64,000 nt of DNA, taken from NCBI GenBank assembly GCA_001004665.1, contig LCRO01000006.1, forward strand, positions 444 to 64,443, read 5' to 3'. Below are positions 42,370-49,326 of this stretch, piece after piece. This DNA is from Candidatus Adlerbacteria bacterium GW2011_GWA1_54_10. GTDB lineage: Bacteria; Patescibacteriota; Minisyncoccia; Phycocordibacterales; SBAW01. A program made the position numbers and the translations under genes. Every line of letters begins with the position of its first letter. Position 1 is the first letter of the stretch. The notes under the pieces are model-generated. The model worked only from the letters and a program-made list of their open reading frames with translations, ran no database searches and had not been told where the DNA came from.

Positions 42370-42570
42370 TTTTTGTGTTCGGTTTGTTCGGTTTTAGACA
42401 CAAATCGGCGACATTAAGGGGTGTCTAATATGTCTAATCTGACACCTGATTGGCTGTCAGATTTGTAAGGTTTTGGCCTGTCGGGTGTCGGATTTGTCGG
42501 ATTTTGCTCTAAAATTGCGCGCGTGCAATATATCGCTTTTAGTGTGCAATTTGTGCAATTTTGACCCTGA
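42370..42570. repeat. cluster of short iteron-like direct repeats and small palindromes
   Basis: TGTTCGGTT x2, TGTCTAAT x2 inside the GGTGTC...GACACC palindrome, CTGA..TCAG, GTCGG x3 (GTCGGATTT x2), GTGCAAT x3. Confidence 0.7.
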
Positions 42571-42674
42571 CTAGGATACCTCGGCCTGCTATACTGAAAT
42601 CTCCAGAACGATCCTTACGGTGCCTTGCGTGGCAGGGTCTGAGACTAGGATGGGGCACCAATATTTGATACACT

Positions 42675-42923
42675 GTGACTCATATGAAAACCGTAACCAT
42701 TTACTCGACGCCGACGTGCCATTTCTGTCACATGGCGCGGGACTTTTTCAACGAGAAGGGAATATCATACATCGACCATGACGTGGCGGCCGACGGGGCG
42801 AAGCGCCAGGAAATGATACAAATGACAGGTCAGCTCGGCGTGCCGGTTATCGTAATAGACGGCGACATTATGGTCGGCTTTGATCGCGCCCGTATTGCTG
42901 ATAAATTGGGGATTGCCGCATAA
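42675..42923 (+). CDS. glutaredoxin-like protein (CxxC = CHFC)
   Basis: 82 aa with TPTCHFCHMARDFF ... GVPVIVIDG, the glutaredoxin/NrdH fold pattern. Confidence 0.8.
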   Translation: MTHMKTVTIYSTPTCHFCHMARDFFNEKGISYIDHDVAADGAKRQEMIQMTGQLGVPVIVIDGDIMVGFDRARIADKLGIAA

Positions 42924-42942
42924 TAAGTCTGCGGCGGCGCGG

Positions 42943-43014
42943 GCCCCCGTAGTTCAATAGATAGAACAGCCCCGTCCTAAGGGGTAGATGTGGGTGCAAT
43001 TCCTGCCGGGGGCG
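42943..43014 (+). tRNA. tRNA-Arg (CCU)
   Basis: Manual fold: acceptor GCCCCCG/CGGGGGC (7 bp), D stem GTTC/GAAC, anticodon stem GCCCC/GGGGT with loop GUCCUAA, T stem GTGGG/CCTGC (two G-U pairs) with unusual T-loop TGCAATT. CCA not encoded. Confidence 0.65.
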
Positions 43015-43038
43015 CAGATAATACAGAGTACACAATCT

Positions 43039-44844
43039 ATGGATGGCCGGAAACAAGAAGCTGTACTTACTTCAAGGAAGCTTGTCGCGGACGGCGCGTA
43101 TGAGGTTTCTTTCGAGCTTTCCGAGTCTATCCAATTTGCGCCGGGACAATATGCCTGGGTAATACTGCCGGAGCTTGCGCATCCCGACCGCCGCGGGAAT
43201 CGCCGGTCCTTCTCTATCATTTCAACGCCTTCCGACGCCAAAAACATTCGCTTTCTTTTCCGTGTTCATTCTCCAAACAGCGGGTATAAAAAGACTCTTC
43301 TTGAGCTTCCGCTCGGCTCGCGCGCGCAAATAGATGCGCCGTTCGGATTACACACTCTGCCCAATGCCACCACAATCATAATGGTGGCCGGAGGCGTGGG
43401 GATTTCCTCTTTCTTAAGCATTATCCGCGACATGGAGGAGCGCGGTGCATGGAGACAACTGACGCTTATTTTCGGCAACTCGTCGCAAAAATCGGCCCCA
43501 TTCCTCGATGAGCTTAGGATGTATGCAAAAAACCGTCCGATTTTTGAACTGCGCGAGGTAGAGGGTTCGATATCGAAAGAACATCTTCCCGTCGGCACGA
43601 CGCCCAAAGACACTCGATGGCTTTTGGCCGGTCCAAAGGAAATGACCAACAAAGTCGCCGCCGTGCTTACGGCCGCGGATATTGACCCTGGCCGCGTGTT
43701 GTGCGAAGAATTCCCTCCGCCGGCTCTCGACAAAGGACTGCCGGTTATCGACGAACAGACTATGTCGGATTCCAATTTTTATAAACTGGCTGTCGAGAAC
43801 GCCTCTAATCACGTAATTTTTACCGATATCGAAGGCACCATAGTGTATTGCAACAAGGCGGCCGAGCACATAACCGGATACACGTTTGAGGAAATGCGCG
43901 GCTCGACGCCGCGCCTGTGGGGAGGTCTTATGGATAAAAATTTTTACGAGCATTTATGGCGGATAATAAAGCGCGAACGCAAGCCGTACTCCGGCAAGAT
44001 AAAGAACAGGAGAAAGAACGGCGAAGTATATACGGTGATCGCACGAATTTCGCCTGTCTTGGGCAGAGACGGCGATCTTATAGGTTTCCTCGGCACCGAA
44101 GAGGACATAACCGACCTGGAGAAAATAGACCAGGCGAAGACCGAGTTTGTCTCGCTTGCGTCGCATCAATTGCGCTCGCCGCTCTCCGTAATCAACTGGT
44201 ACACCGAAATGCTCCTTGGCGAGGGAGTCGGAGGGCTGAACGAGAAGCAAAAGAGGTATTTATCGGAAGTCAAAAATGGGAGCCGGCGAATGACCGAACT
44301 CGTAAAGGATCTGCTTAACGTGTCGCGCCTTGAGCTTGGGACTCTTGTCATAGAACCCCGGCCCGTAAGCCTGCCTGCGCTTATTGCGGAAGCGGTGCAG
44401 GAGCAAGCGCCGGATTTGCATAAGAAAAACATAAAGCTTAACGAATCGTACGCGCCGCAGGTTTCTACATTTCCCGCGGACCCCAAGTTTCTGAAGATAA
44501 TAGTGCAAAACTTGCTGTCCAATGCGGTGAAGTACACCCAGGATGGAGGAGAAGTCAGCGTGCGTACCGAGCTTGCGGACGGGAAGATGGTTCTTTCGGT
44601 TTCAGATACGGGGTATGGCATACCGGAAGATCAACAGCGGAAAATATTCACTAAGCTTTTCCGCGCGCGCAACGTCGTCAAAAAAGACACGGAGGGCTCC
44701 GGCATAGGACTGTATCTGGTGAAGTCCATAGTAGAGCGCTCCGGCGGCTCTATATGGTTTACTTCCAAAGAAGGTGCGGGGACGACGTTTTTTGTGGCGT
44801 TTCCTGCGGAGGGGATGCGCGCTCAGCGGGATGATATAATGTAA
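43039..44844 (+). CDS. sensor histidine kinase with N-terminal FNR-like FAD/NAD(P)-binding oxidoreductase domain and PAS domain
   Basis: First ~235 aa resemble the ferredoxin-reductase type FAD-binding fold: RRSFSIIS (RxYS-like), MVAGGVGISSF (NAD-binding glycine loop), C-terminal ...EEF. Then PAS (IFTDIEGTIVYCNKAAEHITGY), HisKA H-box (ASHQLRSPL) and HATPase_c (G1 DTGYGIP, G2 GSGIGL). The ORF-track start at 42988 lies inside tRNA-Arg, so the start is set to the Met at 43039. Confidence 0.75.
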   Translation: MDGRKQEAVLTSRKLVADGAYEVSFELSESIQFAPGQYAWVILPELAHPDRRGNRRSFSIISTPSDAKNIRFLFRVHSPNSGYKKTLLELPLGSRAQIDAPFGLHTLPNATTIIMVAGGVGISSFLSIIRDMEERGAWRQLTLIFGNSSQKSAPFLDELRMYAKNRPIFELREVEGSISKEHLPVGTTPKDTRWLLAGPKEMTNKVAAVLTAADIDPGRVLCEEFPPPALDKGLPVIDEQTMSDSNFYKLAVENASNHVIFTDIEGTIVYCNKAAEHITGYTFEEMRGSTPRLWGGLMDKNFYEHLWRIIKRERKPYSGKIKNRRKNGEVYTVIARISPVLGRDGDLIGFLGTEEDITDLEKIDQAKTEFVSLASHQLRSPLSVINWYTEMLLGEGVGGLNEKQKRYLSEVKNGSRRMTELVKDLLNVSRLELGTLVIEPRPVSLPALIAEAVQEQAPDLHKKNIKLNESYAPQVSTFPADPKFLKIIVQNLLSNAVKYTQDGGEVSVRTELADGKMVLSVSDTGYGIPEDQQRKIFTKLFRARNVVKKDTEGSGIGLYLVKSIVERSGGSIWFTSKEGAGTTFFVAFPAEGMRAQRDDIM

Positions 44845-44855
44845 ACCGTTAAACG

Positions 44856-45239
44856 ATGGAATCCGACAAAAATAAAGTCCTGCTTATTGCCGAAGACGAG
44901 CCGTCTCTGCGCTATATATTGCGCGATAAATTGTCCAATATCGGATTTACGGTTTTTGAGGCGGCCGACGGGGAAGAGGGACTTGCGGTGGCCATGAAGG
45001 AACACCCGGACCTTATTTTGCTCGACCTTGTAATGCCGAAGATGGACGGCATCTCGATGCTGAAGAAATTGCGCGAGAGTGATTGGGGCAAGTCGGTCAA
45101 AGTTCTTGTGCTGACGAACCTGGACGAAACGGGTAAAATTTCCGAGGCTGTCGAGCACGGCGCGGAAGAATATTTGATAAAAAGCGACTGGTCCATAGAG
45201 TCAATAGTGGCAAAAATCCGGGAGAAATTCGGCATGTAA
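44856..45239 (+). CDS. single-domain response regulator (CheY-like receiver)
   Basis: DD pair (EDE), phospho-acceptor D in LILLDLVMPKMDG, T/K residues conserved. 127 aa with no output domain. Confidence 0.85.
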   Translation: MESDKNKVLLIAEDEPSLRYILRDKLSNIGFTVFEAADGEEGLAVAMKEHPDLILLDLVMPKMDGISMLKKLRESDWGKSVKVLVLTNLDETGKISEAVEHGAEEYLIKSDWSIESIVAKIREKFGM

Positions 45240-45244
45240 AGCAA

Positions 45245-45496
45245 TTGCGCATGGACCCAGAGATAGAAGAGCTTAAAGAGCTTGCGCGCGCGCAGAGCAG
45301 GATCGCGGAAGACACTAACCGCATCGTGCACAAACTCCATCGCGGCGTCTGGTGGGGAAGGATATGGACATTGCTTTGGTGGGCGGCGGTGCTCGGTATA
45401 GGCGGAGCCACATATTACTACTATCTCGCGCCATATGTGGACCAGATACAGGCACTTTACGGCAACGCCCGCGGAATTTTTGAGAATTTTAGGTAA
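45245..45496 (+). CDS. hypothetical small membrane protein
   Basis: 83 aa: coiled N-terminal half and one Trp-rich TM helix. Confidence 0.45.
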   Translation: MRMDPEIEELKELARAQSRIAEDTNRIVHKLHRGVWWGRIWTLLWWAAVLGIGGATYYYYLAPYVDQIQALYGNARGIFENFR

Positions 45497-47033
45497 CTGC
45501 CGCGTAGTGATATACTATAAAAAACCGCTTGGGTAGCTCAGTTGGTAGAGCATCTCCCTGAAGAGGAGGGGGTCGCCGGTTCGAGCCCGGCCCCAAGCAC
45601 CACGTTGGAAATGTCAAAGATTCAGATGTCGCCTCGCTTCGCTCGGCGACCAAATCGTATGGATTTTTCGGGGCAAAAAGAAATTCCCGATTCCATGTTG
45701 GCAATTCGGAAAGATTATCTGTCTGAAGGAGATTTGCGGCTTGATTCAAGGATTTTACGAACTCACGAGCCGGTTCGAGCCAAGACAACCCTTTTGTCTC
45801 AAAATCGGTGATTTTCTCGGAAAGCGCGACTTTTTGGAAAATGAGAATATCTTTTTTGGCAGCGTATTCTTTTTGTGTTAGCGTGTCGTCAAGATAGACA
45901 TCAAGTAGCTTTTGAATTCTTGTCTCTACTTGCGATAACTGCTCTTTGAGATTTACCACTTCACTTTGCGCCTGTTCTTTTGCTTGATTTTCTTCCGTAT
46001 CCAAAGCCACCAAAACTTTCTCGGTGTCTTGGCTCGACAAAGAAACTTTTTGAAGGAAGGTTTTGATTTGGGAAACTAACTGATTTTCACCGAGATACTT
46101 TTCTTGGCATACGCCTCGCTTTTTGGTACAGCGATAGTAAGTGTAAATACCGCCATTTCCCTTTGCATATTGAGCAGTAATTGAGCAACCACACGAGGCG
46201 CATTTCATAAGGCCAAGAAAAGCAAAACTATGTTTTCTATCGGGACGTACTTTCCCACGCTTCGTCATAACTTCCTGACATTTATCAAAAAGTTTCTTTG
46301 ATATTAACGGCTCGTGCATTCCCTCAAAAATTTCCCCTTTGTATCTCATCAGTCCAATGTAGAAAGGATTTTGTAGAATATGCTGAACATTGCTCAAGGA
46401 TATTTTGTTATCAGCATTAGTGAGCAGTTTCTTCTTCTCACACCAATTTGCAAGAATGTTGAGAGAATATGCTCCGGTAGCGTACATTTCAAATATCTTT
46501 CTTACTTTAGGAGCTTTTTCTTTATCAACATCGATACCTCTCGTTTTGGCGTTATTTAGATAGCCAACCGGAGCCCAACTTGGCCATACCCCATTTCGTA
46601 TTTTTTGCCGTAGTCCACGCTTCACATTCTCTCGCAAATTGTCCACGAAGTATTTACTTTGCCCAAAAGCAATGTTCAGCATGAATAATCCTTGCGGTGT
46701 AGGTTCAAACCAGAAACAGGGAAATTTGAGAGCACGAATCAAGCCGCGATCCACAAAATGGATAATCTTTCCGCCGTCTACCGAATTTCTTGCAAGACGA
46801 TCCGGATGCCAAGAAACAATGCCATCTGCTTTTCCTTCCTCAATCAATGACAACATTTCTGCGAATTTCATTCGTCCGGGTTCTTTTGCGGTTTTGGCCT
46901 CTTGGAAAGAGGCGACAATTTCAAGTTTTTCTTTTGCGGCAAATTCTTTGAGCTCAACAAGTTGAGCTTCAATCGATAGAACTTGTCGGTCATCTTCTTC
47001 GGTGCTTTTGCGAGCGTATATTATGTATTTCAT
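45489..47033 (-). CDS. large serine recombinase (resolvase/invertase catalytic domain + recombinase domain + zinc ribbon)
   Basis: N-terminus MKYIIYARKSTEEDDRQVLSIEAQ carries the catalytic Ser motif. Central recombinase domain, Cys cluster CASCGC...YYRC, coiled-coil. The ORF continues with no stop through the left inverted repeat and antisense through tRNA-Phe to 45489, so the true C-terminus is uncertain. Confidence 0.8.
   Translation of the reverse strand: MKYIIYARKSTEEDDRQVLSIEAQLVELKEFAAKEKLEIVASFQEAKTAKEPGRMKFAEMLSLIEEGKADGIVSWHPDRLARNSVDGGKIIHFVDRGLIRALKFPCFWFEPTPQGLFMLNIAFGQSKYFVDNLRENVKRGLRQKIRNGVWPSWAPVGYLNNAKTRGIDVDKEKAPKVRKIFEMYATGAYSLNILANWCEKKKLLTNADNKISLSNVQHILQNPFYIGLMRYKGEIFEGMHEPLISKKLFDKCQEVMTKRGKVRPDRKHSFAFLGLMKCASCGCSITAQYAKGNGGIYTYYRCTKKRGVCQEKYLGENQLVSQIKTFLQKVSLSSQDTEKVLVALDTEENQAKEQAQSEVVNLKEQLSQVETRIQKLLDVYLDDTLTQKEYAAKKDILIFQKVALSEKITDFETKGLSWLEPAREFVKSLNQAANLLQTDNLSELPTWNREFLFAPKNPYDLVAERSEATSESLTFPTWCLGPGSNRRPPPLQGDALPTELPKRFFIVYHYAAVT
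45527..45602 (+). tRNA. tRNA-Phe (GAA), CCA encoded
   Basis: Manual fold: GCTTGGG/CCCAAGC acceptor, D-loop AGCTCAGTTGGTAGAGC, anticodon loop CUGAAGA, T-loop GGTTCGAGCC. Preceded by a TATACT -10 element. Confidence 0.9.
45619..45693. repeat. left terminal inverted repeat, 75 bp perfect
   Basis: ATTCAGATGTCGCCTCGCTTCGCTCGGCGACCAAATCGTATGGATTTTTCGGGGCAAAAAGAAATTCCCGATTCC. Confidence 0.9.
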
Positions 47034-47079
47034 AGTTTTTGTTAGTTAATGATTGAAATTTTTCTTTTCTGCTTCTAAC

Positions 47080-47154
47080 GGAATCGGGAATTTCTTTTTG
47101 CCCCGAAAAATCCATACGATTTGGTCGCCGAGCGAAGCGAGGCGACATCTGAAT
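47080..47154. repeat. right terminal inverted repeat, 75 bp perfect
   Basis: Exact reverse complement of 45619-45693. Confidence 0.9.
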
Positions 47155-47356
47155 GCCGCACGAATCAAAACCGCAAAAGAACTTGTTAAAAACATCGGCT
47201 CGAACCATATTTTGTAGAAGCAGAAAAGAAAAATTTTAATCATTTGATTTTTGTTCTCAAGAAGCGGCTTTTAGCCGCTTCTTGACTTTATATATTATTC
47301 TGGTATCATGTGTCATAGTGTTCGGGGAATGAACTGACCTTTGAAAGGAGAATGCG

Positions 47357-47833
47357 ATGGAATACGTGTTTTGGTGGTTTCTTCTCGCCATTCCGTGCTT
47401 TTTTGTTGCTTACTGCAATGGCGCAGACATGAACTTCAGGTTGAACTCTCCCAGCTATGAGGAAGGCTTCTGGAAGTTCTACAAGAACTTCTTCAGTGAT
47501 GGTTTTCGCCTCCTTGTCCACGACTACTTCGGGGTTTACTGTCCATGGAGTTGGGAAAGGGCAAAGAGGCATCGCCTCGCAGATATGCGCACGTATCTCG
47601 GGGCAGACGGACGTTGTCATGATCGCCTTGGCCACATAACCGCGGGGGATTGCGACAATCCCGAAAAACAGGAGGCAATCGCTCGCCACGCCTACATCAG
47701 CCGAACGAAGCAATGGACTGGCGGCGCGTTCAACTTTCTCATCGCACCAATACCAGGCTCGTTCATCATCATCGGCACCGTGATAGCAGGCGTTGTCGAA
47801 CTGGGACGACACCTTATCAACAAGGGTGCGTAA
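47357..47833 (+). CDS. hypothetical membrane protein (158 aa) in an AT-rich segment
   Basis: Strong Shine-Dalgarno AAAGGAG 7 nt upstream, which is unusual in this window. N- and C-terminal TM helices; Cys/His/Trp-rich middle. No family recognised. Confidence 0.5.
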   Translation: MEYVFWWFLLAIPCFFVAYCNGADMNFRLNSPSYEEGFWKFYKNFFSDGFRLLVHDYFGVYCPWSWERAKRHRLADMRTYLGADGRCHDRLGHITAGDCDNPEKQEAIARHAYISRTKQWTGGAFNFLIAPIPGSFIIIGTVIAGVVELGRHLINKGA

Positions 47834-47916
47834 CGCTCACGGTGAGTTTCTCATCAAGGCGCACGACCTACGGGTACGGCGCTTTTCTTTTTTATAAATC
47901 AAAGAACAAAGAATTT

Positions 47917-47981
47917 GCCGCCAAAGCAGTAAATTTTTCAATCCATTTTTAATTGAAAAATTTACTGAAATGAGTTAATCT
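47917..47981. repeat. two adjacent perfect palindromes: 16-bp arms CAGTAAATTTTTCAAT/ATTGAAAAATTTACTG with 9-bp spacer, and 10-bp arms AATGAGTTAA/TTAACTCATT
   Basis: Read directly from the sequence, in the AT-rich spacer between the hypothetical gene and hsp20. Confidence 0.85.
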
Positions 47982-48107
47982 TAACTCATTAGAAAAACTT
48001 GAAATTGTCAGCGGTGCGGCTCCGCCGCCTTTCCGGATTTTCGCGGGGGAACTTCCTCGCCGCCGCAGGCGGCGAAAGCGGTTCGGACTAATTCAAGAAT
48101 AGAGCAC

Positions 48108-48614
48108 TTAATTTGATTTGACTTTGAGTTTTGCCTGGCGGCCCTTGTCGACTTTAGGGAGTCGGATGACAAGGAGGCCATGCTTTTCGCTTGCCTCGGC
48201 GTCCTCTATCTCGACCTCCTGCGGCAGGACTACCGTGCGGGTGAACGAGCCCCAGTAAAGCTCCTGGAAGAAAAAGTCGCCGTTCGTGCCCTCGGTATGG
48301 CGCTCGCGCTTGCCGCGTATGGTAACCATGTCGCGCGTTATCGAAATATCAAGGTCCTCGGGGCGGACTCCGGCTATCATGGCCTTTATGACTATATGCG
48401 TCGGCGTTTGATAGACATCCACGGCAAGTTCTCCCGCCAGGTCCTCCTCTTCTATCTCCGCAGGCGCCGGAGCGGCCTTTTCTTTTTTTGTTCCGCGCGC
48501 GGGCGCCTGGGGCGTCCGCGCGAAAGACGAGCCGCCCTGCTCGAGCTCGTCGAGCCCCCAGTCATCGTCTCCCTGGCTCCCTGTCAGCCACTCGAATAAA
48601 GATTTTCTCGCCAT
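48108..48614 (-). CDS. Hsp20/alpha-crystallin family small heat shock protein
   Basis: Alpha-crystallin domain (AVDVYQT ... V.KA...GV..EDLDI.I....V.I.GKRE) and C-terminal LVIRLPK. Confidence 0.85.
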   Translation of the reverse strand: MARKSLFEWLTGSQGDDDWGLDELEQGGSSFARTPQAPARGTKKEKAAPAPAEIEEEDLAGELAVDVYQTPTHIVIKAMIAGVRPEDLDISITRDMVTIRGKRERHTEGTNGDFFFQELYWGSFTRTVVLPQEVEIEDAEASEKHGLLVIRLPKVDKGRQAKLKVKSN

Positions 48615-48621
48615 AAAATTG

Positions 48622-49326
48622 TCAGCAGTAGTCTCGGCTTGGCTGTTTGATCCGTTCCGTCATCAGAAATACTCCGACGATCCCGACCCAGATGACCAAA
48701 AACATCCAGAATGTCGCGCCGCTACCTTCTTGAAGTATAAAAAAATTAAAGACGAGGTGCAAGAAAATCGCTAGGATAACTCCTGCGAGCGCATAGAGTT
48801 TCCGCTCTAAAGCAGGCTTGTAATAGGAGAGTGCGAGAGAAAGCCCGACTGTGGCCGATGCCAGCGTATGGAGGAGCGTCGCGCCGACGAAGCGCAGATC
48901 GCCCATTACAACGGAACGCAGAATATCGCCTTGCTGGAGCGGCGTAATAAGAAAAAACGTGTTTTCCAGCGCAGCAAACCCAAGTGCCGCCGTCACCAGG
49001 TAGATGAGCGCGTCCAGCGGCTCGTCGAAAGCCCGCGAGCGCAGTGCCCCTATATAGGCCGCGCCGAATTTAAATATCTCCTCCAGCGCCGCCCACGCCA
49101 AAAGAAGCACGGTGCCGGAATAATATTGCATAGCCTGCCGCTCGAGTGGTAATACGAGCGGCACCGCCGCCATGCCTGCGAGGAACGCAAAAATTATGTA
49201 GCGCCGCGGCTCGGGCTCGCATCTGTCCTCGCGGAGCCAGAAAAAGAGCCAAAGAAGCGCGGGAAGCACTCCTCCTATCACGGCTACAAAGATCAGCGGA
49301 TCGGCCACCTTTACAGTATAGGCCAA
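48622..49326 (-). CDS. PrsW family intramembrane metalloprotease
   Basis: Motifs EE..K (LEEIFKFG), FA.LEN..Y-like (FAALENTFF), HTL and further C-terminal His residues across the TM helices. Confidence 0.7.
   Translation of the reverse strand: MAYTVKVADPLIFVAVIGGVLPALLWLFFWLREDRCEPEPRRYIIFAFLAGMAAVPLVLPLERQAMQYYSGTVLLLAWAALEEIFKFGAAYIGALRSRAFDEPLDALIYLVTAALGFAALENTFFLITPLQQGDILRSVVMGDLRFVGATLLHTLASATVGLSLALSYYKPALERKLYALAGVILAIFLHLVFNFFILQEGSGATFWMFLVIWVGIVGVFLMTERIKQPSRDYC

Larger units (their letters stand above)
45619..47154. mobile_element. ~1.5-kb element bounded by 75-bp perfect terminal inverted repeats, encoding a large serine recombinase; inserted 16 bp from the tRNA-Phe 3' end
   Basis: 45619-45693 is the exact reverse complement of 47080-47154. 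The only complete gene inside is a serine recombinase whose start lies 46 bp inside the right inverted repeat. Confidence 0.75.

Noticed and set aside
42370-42570. Possible CRISPR array.
   Set aside because: The repeats are 8-9 bp in small tandem groups from several unrelated families, with no regular 25-40 bp repeat-spacer periodicity and no cas genes in the window.
42988-43038. ORF-track start of the histidine kinase at 42988.
   Set aside because: That start lies inside tRNA-Arg (42943-43014). The first Met after the tRNA (43039) is the plausible start.
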